Below are positions 1 to 9,118 of a stretch of 64,000 nt of DNA, piece after piece. Origin of the DNA: an uncultured Thermoleophilia bacterium (GTDB lineage: Bacteria > Actinomycetota > Thermoleophilia > UBA2241); NCBI GenBank assembly GCA_963700035.1, contig CAVOWE010000019.1, forward strand, positions 18,561-82,560. The letters run 5' to 3'. The notes beneath the pieces were generated by a model. That model did no database searches. It worked only from the letters and a program-made list of their open reading frames with translations, and was not told the origin of the DNA. A program made the position numbers and the translations under genes. How positions within the stretch are numbered: position 1 is the first letter of the stretch; each line of letters opens with the position of its first letter.

Positions 1-393
1 CGCCTCGTCGCCCTGCGCCATCATCCCGAAGTCCAGGGTCTGCCCGGCGATGCCCACGTTCATCTTCATGTCGGAGGCCATCGGGTCGGTGGAGCTTGCG
101 CCCTCCACGTGCAGTGAGACGCCCTGCGAGAGCATCGCCTGCTGCGTGGGGTCGGTCATCTTGGCCGGATCGCCCTGGACCTCGAGGGCCATGTCGGCGG
201 TGAAGGACGCGCTGTTGAGCTGCGCCATCTTGGCTTCGCTGTCCTTGACGACCTGATCGGCGGACACGCCGGCGGCGACCGTGGCCGCCGGAGCGGTGCT
301 CGACGACGACTTGTCCCCCCCGCAGCCGGCGGCGGCGAGCAGGGCCAGTGCGAGGATCAGCACCAGCCACGTTGACACGGTCCTGCGACGCAT
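1..393 (-). CDS. Putative secreted lipoprotein, N-terminal part only (gene runs off the left edge)
   Basis: Minus-strand ATG at 393-391 preceded by GGGAGG. Translation MRRRTVSTWLVLILALALLAAAGCGGDKSSS... gives a signal peptide plus lipobox (LAAAGC). Frame stays open to position 1. Absent from the ORF track because there is no stop in the window. Confidence 0.55.
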   Translation of the reverse strand, partial: MRRRTVSTWLVLILALALLAAAGCGGDKSSSSTAPAATVAAGVSADQVVKDSEAKMAQLNSASFTADMALEVQGDPAKMTDPTQQAMLSQGVSLHVEGASSTDPMASDMKMNVGIAGQTLDFGMMAQGDEA

Positions 394-503
394 ACGTTTG
401 CCTCCCTCTGGCGTGGTTGGACCTCGGCGCGCGCCGCGGCGGCGCACCACGGTCTTCTATCGACGTGATCGGGCTCCTCCATGAGGGAGGCTGCCCGAGG
501 CCG

Positions 504-1232
504 TCAGCCGGGCGGCCGTTTGAGAGACACGACCACCGCCCGGAAAGGTTCGTTGCCTTCCGAAACGGTCTCCACACGAGGATGGTCTTTGAGATGCAGA
601 TGGATGACCTTGCGCTCCGCCGCCGTCATCGGCTTGAGGACGATCGCGGCGCCTTCCCGCACGACTGACTGCGCCGTGCGCTCGGCCAGCGACGAGAGCG
701 CCGCCTCGCGGCGCTCGCGATAGCCTTCCGCGTCGACGATCACCTGACGCCGCTCGCGGCGGTCGCCGTTGACGACGATGGAGGCGATGTACTGCAGGGC
801 GTCTATCGTGGCTCCGTGCCGCCCTATGAGGAGGCCGAGGTCGTCGCCGCTGATGTCGGCCCTGAGGGCCTCACCGGCCTCGCTGGCGCCGACATGAGCC
901 TGGATGCCCATGAGCCCCACCGTAGTCTGGACGAACTCGCGCAGCACCTCGGCGTCGGGCGGGAGGTCGCCGGCGACGCGTTCGCCGGCCGGCCGCAGGT
1001 GCGCCTCGACGCGGGCTTCGCTCTTGCCGCGCCCGAAGAAGCCACCCTTGCTGCCCTCTTCCATGACGACGAAGTCGACGTCGGCTTCGTTGACGTAGGG
1101 CACGACCTTGCGAAGCTGGTCCAGCGCCTTGCGCTTGGCCTCCTGGATGGTGGCCGCGCCGGCGATGGTCGCGAACTCCGTGTCGTCGTCTTCGCCGTCG
1201 TCGACGGGCAGAAGGTCGTCAGGCTCTGTCAT
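504..1232 (-). CDS. jag: Jag/KhpB-type RNA-binding protein (KH + R3H domains)
   Basis: 242-aa ORF. KH-like LGLLIGRHGATIDALQYI and C-terminal R3H-like region (MTAAERKVIHLHLKDHP). Sits directly downstream of yidC, as in the conserved rnpA-yidC-jag cluster. Confidence 0.85.
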   Translation of the reverse strand: MTEPDDLLPVDDGEDDDTEFATIAGAATIQEAKRKALDQLRKVVPYVNEADVDFVVMEEGSKGGFFGRGKSEARVEAHLRPAGERVAGDLPPDAEVLREFVQTTVGLMGIQAHVGASEAGEALRADISGDDLGLLIGRHGATIDALQYIASIVVNGDRRERRQVIVDAEGYRERREAALSSLAERTAQSVVREGAAIVLKPMTAAERKVIHLHLKDHPRVETVSEGNEPFRAVVVSLKRPPG

Positions 1233-1283
1233 CGCTGCCTCCGCTCCCCGAGGGAGTGACGACGGCCCGGCGGGCGGCTGTGC

Positions 1284-2246
1284 TCAGCCGCCCGCCGGGC
1301 CGCTCTGTTTCTTACCCTGACCCGGCGGCGGCGGGCTCTGCTTGCGCTTGCCCTTGCCGGGCGGGGCCTTGCGGGCGCCCTTCTTGGCCGCCGGCTGGCC
1401 GGCGGCCTGCTTGGCGCCCCCCTGCTTCGCCTTCTCGGCCTTCTGCTTGGCGATAAGCTGCTCGCGGGTCTCCATGCGCTCACCCTGCGCCGCCGTGATC
1501 GCCTCCATGATACGGCTGCGCTTGACGGGCTTGGCCGCCATCGTCGCCAGATCCTTGGGCTTCATCACCTTGCGGATGAGAAGCTGCTGACCGATGGTCC
1601 ACACGTTGGTGGTCACCCAGTAGACGAACAGGCCTGCGGGGAAGTTGAACAGGAAGAACACGAACATGATGGGCATCGCCCGCATGAGCATCTTCTGTGA
1701 CTTGTCGGTCTGCGCGCTGAGCATCAGCTCCGTCGAGATGAGCTGAGAGACCACGTACAGGACGAGCAGGATGTAGTACGGGTCGGGTTCGCCCAGTTGG
1801 GGGATCCACAGGAAGCTGGCCTGGTTGAGCGCCTCGACCGAGGCCTGGTATTGGGGCGCGCTGAGAGGCCCCAGCCCCTTGATCGCCGCATACAGGCTGA
1901 TGAAGACCGGCAGCTGAAGGAGAAGCGGCAGGCAGGAGGCGAACGGGTTGACGCGGTGCTCCTGGTAGAGCTTCATGGTCTCCTGCTGGAGCTTGCCGCG
2001 ATCGTTCTTGTACTTCTTCTGGAGCTCCTTGAGCTGCGGCTGGATGACCTGCATGGACTGCGCCGAGCTGAACTGCTTCCAGGTGAGCGGGAAGAGGACC
2101 AGCCTGACGATGATGGTCAGGCCGATGATGGCGAGGCCCCAGGTCCAGTTCGGGCCCAGCCCCAGTGAAGCCAGGAAGTCGTTGATCGTGACGAGGATCC
2201 AGTGCAGCAGCAGGACCAGCTGCTTGAGGATGGGCCAGCTATACAC
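1284..2246 (-). CDS. yidC: Membrane protein insertase YidC (short Gram-positive/actinobacterial type, Lys/Gly/Pro-rich tail)
   Basis: 320-aa ORF with GTG start. Motifs [57 protein letters not shown]. Start overlaps the yidD stop by 8 nt. Confidence 0.9.
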   Translation of the reverse strand: MYSWPILKQLVLLLHWILVTINDFLASLGLGPNWTWGLAIIGLTIIVRLVLFPLTWKQFSSAQSMQVIQPQLKELQKKYKNDRGKLQQETMKLYQEHRVNPFASCLPLLLQLPVFISLYAAIKGLGPLSAPQYQASVEALNQASFLWIPQLGEPDPYYILLVLYVVSQLISTELMLSAQTDKSQKMLMRAMPIMFVFFLFNFPAGLFVYWVTTNVWTIGQQLLIRKVMKPKDLATMAAKPVKRSRIMEAITAAQGERMETREQLIAKQKAEKAKQGGAKQAAGQPAAKKGARKAPPGKGKRKQSPPPPGQGKKQSGPAGG

Positions 2247-2506
2247 GGGCGCTCACGTTCGTCTCACCGTGGTCGTGCTCGCACCCTTTGTGGCGCGGCG
2301 GCACCGGATCGTAGCCGCCGTTGCTGAACGGGTTGCAGCGCAGCAGACGCCACGCGGCCAGACCGAGGCCACGGAGGGCGCCGTGCTCGCGCAGCGCTTC
2401 CACGGCGTAGTTGGAGCACGACGGGTAGTACCGGCAGCGCGGCCCGAGGAGCGGCGAGAGCGTGTACTGGTACACCTTGATGAAGGCAATGAGGAGTCTT
2501 GTTCAC
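2239..2506 (-). CDS. yidD: Membrane protein insertion efficiency factor YidD; frame interrupted about 2 codons after the start, as assembled
   Basis: [31 protein letters not shown] is the YidD signature. The conserved N-terminal RLLIAFIK lies in frame upstream of the tracked GTG but has no start codon. A GTG at 2506 overlaps the rnpA stop (GTGA) and reads VN in the adjacent frame. Removing 1 nt near 2500 gives [13 protein letters not shown] (268-1=267 nt). Confidence 0.75.
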
Positions 2507-2889
2507 GAGCCTTGGCCCTCGTTGAGGACGCCGGCGCGCACGAGAAGCTCGCGCACGGCCGCGCCGACGACGCCTTTCTCCCCGGCGCTCTCGCGAGCGA
2601 CGAGCTCGAGCAGGTGCGGGCGCGCGATGACCACGAGATCGTACTCCTCGGCCAGATGCCCCGCGCAGCCATGGACGGCTTCGCGCAGCAGACGCTTGAC
2701 TCGGTTGCGGACGACGGCTCCGCCCAGCTTCTTCGAGACCGAAAGCCCCAGCCTCGGCCCCTCGGCGCCCGTCTCAGCGGGGCGCTTGAACGAGTAGAGC
2801 ACGAGGAACCGGGAGGCCGTCGAGCTCCCCTGCCTGTAGATACGCTGGAAGTCGGAAGAACGCGAGAGGCGGGGGCGCTTGGTGGCCAT
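2503..2889 (-). CDS. rnpA: Ribonuclease P protein component
   Basis: 128-aa basic ORF (RLSRSSDFQRIYRQG..., KKLGGAVVRNRVKRLLRE) lying between rpmH and yidD. Confidence 0.85.
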   Translation of the reverse strand: MATKRPRLSRSSDFQRIYRQGSSTASRFLVLYSFKRPAETGAEGPRLGLSVSKKLGGAVVRNRVKRLLREAVHGCAGHLAEEYDLVVIARPHLLELVARESAGEKGVVGAAVRELLVRAGVLNEGQGS

Positions 2890-2900
2890 CGGCCGGGCGG

Positions 2901-3035
2901 CTATGCCGAGAGGCGCTTGCGCCCCTTCTGCCGCCGCTTCTTGATGACCAACCGACCCGCGCGGGTACTCATCCGCTTGCGAAAGCCGTGGGTCTTGCTG
3001 CGCTTGCGGGTGTTCGGTTGATAGGTCCTCTTCAC
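2901..3035 (-). CDS. rpmH: 50S ribosomal protein L34
   Basis: The internal GTG of ORF 2901..3101 gives (M)[43 protein letters not shown], a near-consensus L34 of 44 aa. Confidence 0.95.
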   Translation of the reverse strand: MKRTYQPNTRKRSKTHGFRKRMSTRAGRLVIKKRRQKGRKRLSA

Positions 3036-3050
3036 GGCGTCCTCGCTCGA

Positions 3051-3125
3051 TTGACGATACTCAGAACGTGCAGTATAGCCGCGCGGCGGAGGCCGGGTCA
3101 ATTTGACCCGGCCGGCCTCCGCCGC
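3051..3125. promoter_or_regulatory. Candidate overlapping divergent promoters plus a long imperfect palindrome, between rpmH and the DUF4388 gene
   Basis: Minus strand: TTGACC (3101-3096), 18 nt, TATACT (3077-3072), about 35 nt upstream of the rpmH GTG. Plus strand: TTGACG (3051-3056), 17 nt, TATAGC (3074-3079). Palindrome gcggcggaggccgggtcaa/ttgacccgg(ccgg)cctccgccgc spans 3083-3125. Confidence 0.3.
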
Positions 3126-3210
3126 TCGGACCTCGCCGTCGCCGTCTAAGTTTTTCCCTGCATGATGCCGATATGCCGAGGTGACGACAGCCGTCGGAAG
3201 AGACAGGGCG

Positions 3211-3903
3211 ATGCTCCTTCAGGGATCGATCCACAGGTTCAACCTGGCGGGCGTCCTGCAGTTCCTCGCGCAGGACGCCGCCACCGGCGTGCTCGAGGTC
3301 CGCGATTTCGAGGAGTACGGGTTCATCTATCTCGTCGCCGGCGGCGTAGAAGCGATCTCCCTGCCGATCACCGACGAGAAGCTGGGGACGCGCCTTGTCA
3401 GGGCCGGTTGCCTCAGCGAGCAGCAGCTCGCGGAGGCCCTCATCGAGGATTCGGCGCTCTCCCACGATCAGAGGAAGCTCAAGCCGCTCGGCCAGCGCCT
3501 CATCGAGAAGGGCTTCACGAGCGAAGCCAGGGTCCGCGAGGTCATGGGACGGCAGACTCTCGACCAGGTGTTCGAGCTGGCCCACTGGCAGAACGGCGTG
3601 TTCATCTACGACGAACCCGACCAGATGCCGCACTTCCAGGTCGCGATCCAGGGCGACGTCCAGGAACTGCTTCTCGACGCGTACCGGCGCATCGACGAGG
3701 GCGAGCACTCGCGCAAGAACGTCAACACCGTGGAGAACGAAGTGTGCTATGCCTGCCCGCTCGACGACGAATGCACTCCGGCGATCAGGGCCAAGCATCT
3801 CAAGAAGGACGTCTGCCTGTGGCGCGAGATGGGCGCCGTGCTCGACGACGAATACGACAGGTTGCGCGACGCGCGCCAGCTCTACCGTTCCAAGGGACGA
3901 TGA
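3211..3903 (+). CDS. DUF4388 (PatA-N-like) domain protein
   Basis: [30 protein letters not shown]... is the typical DUF4388 N-terminus. The ORF track starts at GTG 3181; ATG 3211 fits the family N-terminus better. Confidence 0.6.
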   Translation: MLLQGSIHRFNLAGVLQFLAQDAATGVLEVRDFEEYGFIYLVAGGVEAISLPITDEKLGTRLVRAGCLSEQQLAEALIEDSALSHDQRKLKPLGQRLIEKGFTSEARVREVMGRQTLDQVFELAHWQNGVFIYDEPDQMPHFQVAIQGDVQELLLDAYRRIDEGEHSRKNVNTVENEVCYACPLDDECTPAIRAKHLKKDVCLWREMGAVLDDEYDRLRDARQLYRSKGR

Positions 3904-3958
3904 CGAAGGGGCGGTCCTCGACGCCTCGCTCGACTCGGAGTAGCCTTCCGGACAGGCG

Positions 3959-4915
3959 ATGCGAGGAGCGACGACGAGCGGCGACCACTCCAGCTTCGGC
4001 GGCGAGCTGCGCCGCAACCCCGTGAACGGCAAGCTGACCATCGTCGCCCCGGGCCGCGCCGCGCGGCCCGGCGACCTCCACGCCGCGGCAGCCGCCGGCG
4101 CGGCGGGTCCGTGCCCGTTCTGCGCCGGTAACGAAGGGCTCACCCCGCCGGAGGTCGATGCCGTGCGGCCCGGTGGCGGCGCCCCCGATACGCCGGGCTG
4201 GCGTATCCGCGTCGTCCCCAACAGATACCCCGCCCTCGCCGGCATGCACGAGGTGATCGTGCACTCGCCGGATCACGGCGCGGAGCTGGAGGACCTCGGC
4301 GACGAGGGTCTGCTCGAGGTCCTTGGGGTCTGGCGCCGGCGCCTCGCCGCGCAGCTCGACGCCGGAGCGGCCGCGGCCACGCTGATCGTGAACCGCGGCC
4401 CGGGCGCCGGCGCCTCGCTGGCGCATCCTCACGCGCAGCTGTTCGGCACCCCCGGAGTGCCCCCGCTTCTCCTCGACGAGCTGCTCGAGTTCGAGCGCTT
4501 CCGCAACCGCTACGGCGGCTGCGTGCTGTGCGCGGAGATCGACGGCGCCGGTGACCGCCTGGTACACACCGGCGACATCGCGGCCTGGGTGCCCGCAGCG
4601 CCGCGCTTCACCGGTGAGCTGTGGCTCGCCCCGAAGACGCACGAGCCCGACATACGGCAAGCCGACCTGCAGCCGCTGGCCCGCGCTCTACGGCGCGCCC
4701 TGGTCGCGGTGGACGCCGCGACGGGCGGCGCGGCGCTCAACCTCTGGCTGCACACGGCGCCCGCGGAGCTCCGCGGCGACTACCATTGGCACGTCGAGCT
4801 GGCGCCGCGCCTCTCGAGCATCGCCGGGCTGGAGCTCGGCGCCGACATCGCGCTGGTGACCGTCGACCCCGAGGCCGCCGCGGAGGCGCTGCGCGACTCG
4901 TGGCCTCAGGTCTGA
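3959..4915 (+). CDS. galT: Galactose-1-phosphate uridylyltransferase family (HIT superfamily) nucleotidyltransferase
   Basis: 318 aa. Zinc motif CPFCAGNE, RVVPNRYPAL, active-site HPHAQL (HxHxQ). The 3' end overlaps the convergent rlmN by 10 nt. Confidence 0.75.
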   Translation: MRGATTSGDHSSFGGELRRNPVNGKLTIVAPGRAARPGDLHAAAAAGAAGPCPFCAGNEGLTPPEVDAVRPGGGAPDTPGWRIRVVPNRYPALAGMHEVIVHSPDHGAELEDLGDEGLLEVLGVWRRRLAAQLDAGAAAATLIVNRGPGAGASLAHPHAQLFGTPGVPPLLLDELLEFERFRNRYGGCVLCAEIDGAGDRLVHTGDIAAWVPAAPRFTGELWLAPKTHEPDIRQADLQPLARALRRALVAVDAATGGAALNLWLHTAPAELRGDYHWHVELAPRLSSIAGLELGADIALVTVDPEAAAEALRDSWPQV

Positions 4916-5991
4916 GGGGTCGCCTGGGTGCGTCGCAGCGCGAGCTGTCCGCAGGCGGCCTCGATCTCCGCCCCCGGCGAGCGCCGGACCGTGCAGCTGA
5001 CGCCCGCGGCTGCGAGCCGCGCGTGCAGGGCGGCGAGCTGGTCCGCCCGCGGGCGGGCGAACTCGCCGCCCGTCTCGTTGTAGGCGATCAGATTGAGGTG
5101 ATAGTGCGGCGGCCGCACCCGGGCCGCCAGCATCTGCACCTGCTCGTCGGTGTCGTTCACGCCGCGCAAGACCACGTACTCGAACATGACCTTGCGGTGG
5201 GTGCTCCGCACGTAACGCGCGCACGCGCTGAACACCTCGTCCAAAGGATACGTGCGGTTGAGGGGTACAAGGCGGTCGCGCAGCCGGTCGGTGGCGGCAT
5301 GCAGACTCACCGCGAGGTTGAGCTGGACAGGCTCCCCGGCGAAGCGGTCGATGCCGGGCACGACACCGATCGTCGATACCGAGATGGACCGCGCCGCGAG
5401 GTTGAACCCGGCCTCGTCGTTGAGCAGGCGGCAGGCGCGCAGCGTCTCGTCGTAGTTGTGAAAGGGCTCGCCCATGCCCATGAAGACGACGTTGGTCACG
5501 CGGCGCTCGTCGGCGCGGAGCAGCCGCGCGAAGTGGAACACCTGGTCGACCATCTCCTCGGCCGTCAGGTCGCGGCGCAGGCCGAGGCGCCCGGAGGCGC
5601 AGAAGGCGCAGCCCACGGCGCAGCCGACCTGCGTGGATACGCACACGGTAGCGCGCTTCGCGTAGGTCATGAGCACGGCCTCGACGGGGTGACCGTCGAG
5701 CGTCGTGAACAGGGTCTTGCGGGCGGCGCCGCGCGGCGCGATGCGCGACTCGACGTCCTCGAGAGAGAGCGGGCGAAGACGCCCTGCCAGCGCCCGCCGC
5801 AGCGCCACGGGGAGGCCGGTCATGCCGTCGAAATCGACGGCGAGGCCCCGCGTGAGAGCCTCGTAGACCTGGCGTGCCCGGTACGGCGGCTCTCCCAGTT
5901 CCGTCACGGCGGCGGCGATGGTGTGCGGGTCGATCACGCGGCCATTGTACCGCCGGGCGCGGCAAGGAATGACGCGCGCCCGGGCGAACAA
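4906..5991 (-). CDS. rlmN: 23S rRNA/tRNA adenine-C2 methyltransferase RlmN (radical SAM)
   Basis: Radical-SAM CAVGCAFCASG, MGMGEP, C-terminal IEAACGQLA. Start is uncertain: TTG 5991 or GTG 5937. The latter lies 6 nt after a TACAAT box, so the transcript may be leaderless. Confidence 0.85.
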   Translation of the reverse strand: MFARARVIPCRARRYNGRVIDPHTIAAAVTELGEPPYRARQVYEALTRGLAVDFDGMTGLPVALRRALAGRLRPLSLEDVESRIAPRGAARKTLFTTLDGHPVEAVLMTYAKRATVCVSTQVGCAVGCAFCASGRLGLRRDLTAEEMVDQVFHFARLLRADERRVTNVVFMGMGEPFHNYDETLRACRLLNDEAGFNLAARSISVSTIGVVPGIDRFAGEPVQLNLAVSLHAATDRLRDRLVPLNRTYPLDEVFSACARYVRSTHRKVMFEYVVLRGVNDTDEQVQMLAARVRPPHYHLNLIAYNETGGEFARPRADQLAALHARLAAAGVSCTVRRSPGAEIEAACGQLALRRTQATPQT

Positions 5992-6035
5992 CTACGCTGC
6001 GAGTCTCAAACGACCGGCAAGAGGTCTCAGACAGC

Positions 6036-6794
6036 ATGACCACCGTGCAGATCGTCGGCATCGTCGTCGCGGCGGCGATCGTCATTCTGCTCATCATCGC
6101 GTTGCTGGTGACGCGGCGGCGGGGCTCCGGCGACGAGACGCCGGCGGAGGCGGCGTCTCACGCCTCGTTCCTCGACGACGCGCCGCAGGACACCCTCTCC
6201 TCCCTGGGCAAGGCCGAGCAGCCCGTGGAGGACGTCACCATCGACCCGGACGCGGACCGCCAGGGCCGGCCCACCGACGAGGGCGCCGCGCCCGCGCCGC
6301 CGGTCGCCGTCCAGGCGGCCGCGGCAGGGGCCGGCGCCGCCACGTCACCGGCCGCGCCGGCGGACGACGAGACCACCGGTGAACTTCCGGCCGCAGACCC
6401 GTCGGCGGCCACCACGACGTCGCGAAGTCCCATCACGGAGAGCGGCGCGTCTGCGCACGAACCGGAGCCCGCGCGGCCCGCTGCGGGCGGGTCCGCCGCC
6501 TCGGACGAGGCGGCCCCGGAGTCCGGCGCCGGCGACCGCAGAGTGCCGCTCTCCGACATCATCGTCACGACGAGCAGCAAGATGGTCGATCTGCAGGATC
6601 CTGAGGTCCGCCGCATGCTCACGGACCTCGTCAAGGACGAGATCGATCAGGCGACGCTCTACAGGCAGCAGGGTCAGACCATCGACGCCGTGCTGCAGCT
6701 CACCGAAGCCGAGAAGATCTCGCGGGCTCTCGACATGCGGGAATCGGCGGCCGCCATCCGCAGGATGATGGAGGACCTGCAGGGCCAGGTCTGA
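6036..6794 (+). CDS. Hypothetical N-terminally membrane-anchored protein with a low-complexity Ala/Pro/Asp linker and a conserved-looking C-terminal helical region
   Basis: TM helix IVGIVVAAAIVILLIIALLV followed by RRR. The C-terminal 80 aa (DLQDPEVRRMLTDLVKDEIDQATLYRQQG...) has normal composition. No family recognised. Confidence 0.5.
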   Translation: MTTVQIVGIVVAAAIVILLIIALLVTRRRGSGDETPAEAASHASFLDDAPQDTLSSLGKAEQPVEDVTIDPDADRQGRPTDEGAAPAPPVAVQAAAAGAGAATSPAAPADDETTGELPAADPSAATTTSRSPITESGASAHEPEPARPAAGGSAASDEAAPESGAGDRRVPLSDIIVTTSSKMVDLQDPEVRRMLTDLVKDEIDQATLYRQQGQTIDAVLQLTEAEKISRALDMRESAAAIRRMMEDLQGQV

Positions 6795-6807
6795 GCCGCT
6801 TCGCCGG

Positions 6808-8172
6808 CTAGTTCGTCAGGCTCTGAAGCGGGGCGGGGATCCGCCCCCCGCGCGCCACGAACGCGTCGTTCGTGGCGCTGCTCACGCCCATCACCGGCGC
6901 TTCCCCGAAGAGCCCACCCAGGGTGACCCAGTCGCCGACCGTCTTGCCGTAGGCGGGGATGAGGCGCGCGCCCGTGGTCTTCGCGTTGATCATGCCGATG
7001 GCCATGACGTCGGCGATCACGCCCGCGAGGGCGTTGCGGGAGATGTCGCCGGGCACGACGATCATGTCGAGGCCCAGCGAGCAGACCGCCGTCATGGCCT
7101 CGAGCTTCTCGATGCTGAGCACGCCGTCGGCGGCGGCCTTCGCCATGGCGGCGTCCTCGCTCACCGGGATGAAGGCGCCCGACAGGCCGCCGGTGGACGA
7201 GGTGGCCATGGTACCGCCCTTCTTGACCGCGTCGTTGAGCAGAGCCAGGGCGGCCGTGGTGCCGGGGGCGCCGACCTGGCCGAGACCCATGCTCTCGAGG
7301 ATCTCGGCGATGGAGTCGCCCACGGCGGGGGTGGGCGCCAGCGAGAGGTCGATGATGCCCATCTGCGCGCCCAGCATCTGCGAGGCCTCTCGGGCCACGA
7401 GCTCGCCCACGCGGGTGATCTTGAAGGCGGTGCGCTTGATGAGGTCGGCGAGCTCGATGAGCGAGGCCTCGGGATGGCTGGCGACGGCGTTGCGCACCAC
7501 GCCGGGGCCGGAGATGGCCACGTTGACGCTCACCTCCGGTTCGCCGCTGCCGTGCAGGGCGCCGGCCATGAACGGGTTGTCCTCGGGCACGTTGCAGAAC
7601 ACGACGATCTTGGCGCAGCCGATGCAGTCCTCGGCGGCGGTCTTCTGCGAGACCGACTTGAGCACGTCGGCCATGCGCACCACAGCGTCCATGTTGATGC
7701 CGGCGCGCGTGGACGCCACGTTGACCGAGGAGCACACGCGCCGGGTGCCGCTGATCGCCTCGGGGATGGCCTCGATGAGAGCGCTGTCGGCGTGCGTGAA
7801 CCCCTTCTGGACCAGGCAGCTGAAGCCGCCGACGAAATCGATGCCGATCTCCTCGGCGGCGGCATCGAGCGCGTGCGCCACCTCGACGTAGGCGGCGGGG
7901 TCGTCGCTCCCCAAGACGTGGGCGATCGGGGTCAGCGAGACGCGTTTGTTGACGATGGGGATGCCGTACTTGTGCTCGAGCTCGTCGGCCACGCCGACCA
8001 GTCGGCCCGCGCGCTGCACGATCTTGGCGCGGACCCTCTCGGCGACCTTGCCCGGGTCGCGCCCGCCGCAGTCTGACAGCGAGATCCCCATCGTGACGGC
8101 GCGCACGTCGAGGTTCTCGGAGCGGATCATGCTGACGGTCTCGAGGATCTCCTGCTCGGTGATGAAGACCAC
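6808..8172 (-). CDS. UPF0210/DUF711 family protein
   Basis: 454 aa. The N-terminus ILETVSMIRSENLDVRAVTMGISL and the overall length are typical of UPF0210. Paired with the upstream ACT-domain gene, as in many genomes. Confidence 0.8.
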   Translation of the reverse strand: MVFITEQEILETVSMIRSENLDVRAVTMGISLSDCGGRDPGKVAERVRAKIVQRAGRLVGVADELEHKYGIPIVNKRVSLTPIAHVLGSDDPAAYVEVAHALDAAAEEIGIDFVGGFSCLVQKGFTHADSALIEAIPEAISGTRRVCSSVNVASTRAGINMDAVVRMADVLKSVSQKTAAEDCIGCAKIVVFCNVPEDNPFMAGALHGSGEPEVSVNVAISGPGVVRNAVASHPEASLIELADLIKRTAFKITRVGELVAREASQMLGAQMGIIDLSLAPTPAVGDSIAEILESMGLGQVGAPGTTAALALLNDAVKKGGTMATSSTGGLSGAFIPVSEDAAMAKAAADGVLSIEKLEAMTAVCSLGLDMIVVPGDISRNALAGVIADVMAIGMINAKTTGARLIPAYGKTVGDWVTLGGLFGEAPVMGVSSATNDAFVARGGRIPAPLQSLTN

Positions 8173-8201
8173 GGGGCGGCTCCTGGAAAGGACGAGCGCC
8201 G

Positions 8202-8477
8202 CTAGATGCGGTGCATGAACTTGAAGATGTTCTCGTGCTGCACGTTGATCTGCAGGCCGACGCGCTCGCCGGTCGCCTCGAGCGCGTCCTTGAGCGCGAC
8301 CATCGTCGTCTCGGTCTCGTCGAACGACACGAACATGATCATCGTGAACAAGCCGTTGGCGACGGTCTGGCTCACATCGTCGACGTTGGCGTTCTGCGCC
8401 GCGACGGTAGTGGCCACGGCGGCCAGAAGGCCGTGGCTGTCGGGGCCGAGCGCTGTGACGATGACCGATGTGCGCAT
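8202..8477 (-). CDS. ACT domain protein (UPF0237 family)
   Basis: The internal ATG at 8477 gives a 91-aa protein, MRTSVIVTALGPDSHGLLAAVATTVAAQNANVDDVSQTV.... The longer tracked ORF (8202..8696) has an Arg/Ser/Pro-rich, non-protein-like N-terminus. Confidence 0.75.
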   Translation of the reverse strand: MRTSVIVTALGPDSHGLLAAVATTVAAQNANVDDVSQTVANGLFTMIMFVSFDETETTMVALKDALEATGERVGLQINVQHENIFKFMHRI

Positions 8478-8541
8478 GGAGGTCGTTCCCCCGGAGGCGA
8501 GTGGGCGGAGACAGGCGGATAGTATACTAGGGGGGATTGTG

Positions 8542-9117
8542 ATGCCCTCCGCCCCCGGCTCCACAGACGCCGTGCCGCCGACCCTCCCCGGCCGCCTCGA
8601 CCGCCTCGACCGCGAACTCTCGCGGCGTGCGGCCATCGGCTGGCCGCACCCGCGCTGGTTCGCGCTCCCGCTCGGCGCTCTCTCGCTGACGGCCAACTAC
8701 GGCGTCCTCTGGTACGTCGTCTCCCTGCTGCCCTGGGTCTTCGGCGAGCCGCGGCCGCTGGCCAGGGCCCTCTACGTGGCGGTACCGGTCACGGCCGTGG
8801 AGGCGGCGGGCTTTCTCATCAAGCACTTCGTGGCGCGGCCACGACCGCCCGTCGCCGACCCCAGCCAGCCCAGGCAGATCCCGCTGCCCTTGAGCAAGTC
8901 GTTCCCCTCGTCGCACGCCGGCATGGCCGTGGTCGGCACCTTCACCGTGGGCACCTTGTACCCCGCGGCGCTGCCGGCCCTCGTCGCGCTCAGCGTCGTG
9001 CTCTGCATCAGCCGCGTGTATCTCGGGGTCCACTACCTCGGCGACGTCCTGGGAGGCCTGGCGTTCGGGCTCGTCGTCGGCGCCCTGTGGGTCCTTCTGG
9101 TCCCGGCGCCGCTCTGA
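8542..9117 (+). CDS. PAP2-family phosphatase (membrane)
   Basis: PAP2 motifs KHFVARPRP, PSSHAG and SRVYLGVHYLGD. ATG 8542 follows a GGGGGG stretch. The upstream part of tracked ORF 8206..9117 is antisense to the ACT gene. Confidence 0.75.
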   Translation: MPSAPGSTDAVPPTLPGRLDRLDRELSRRAAIGWPHPRWFALPLGALSLTANYGVLWYVVSLLPWVFGEPRPLARALYVAVPVTAVEAAGFLIKHFVARPRPPVADPSQPRQIPLPLSKSFPSSHAGMAVVGTFTVGTLYPAALPALVALSVVLCISRVYLGVHYLGDVLGGLAFGLVVGALWVLLVPAPL

Positions 9118-9118
9118 G

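Noticed and set aside
2475-2506. rnpA-yidD read-through fusion. The rnpA TGA stop and the yidD frame are the same frame, and the conserved RLLIAFIK follows the stop directly.
   Set aside because: A GTG overlapping the stop (GTGA), plus one spurious base near 2500, gives a normal YidD N-terminus ([13 protein letters not shown]). That is more parsimonious given the many other 1-nt frame breaks in the window.
3220-3240. DnaA-box-like GATCCACAG near the rpmH-proximal intergenic region, as a possible oriC.
   Set aside because: It is a single 7/9 match lying inside the DUF4388 coding sequence. There is no cluster of boxes and no AT-rich unwinding element, so it cannot support an origin call.
3061-4245. 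Long antisense or shadow ORFs. Examples: 3061..4245(-), 4688..6097(-), 6674..7735(-), 9008..10006(-), 10042..11304(-), 15090..16949(+), 21761..23293(-), 35436..37904(-), 37840..40731(-), 40620..42206(-), 41633..43054(+), 42687..44384(+), 50525..52747(-), 54700..56409(+), 60114..62255(+).
   Set aside because: All overlap a gene with clear family motifs on the other strand or in another frame. Their translations are Arg/Pro/Ala/Gly-rich low-complexity strings with no recognisable motifs. This is the usual artefact of stop-codon-poor, very GC-rich DNA.
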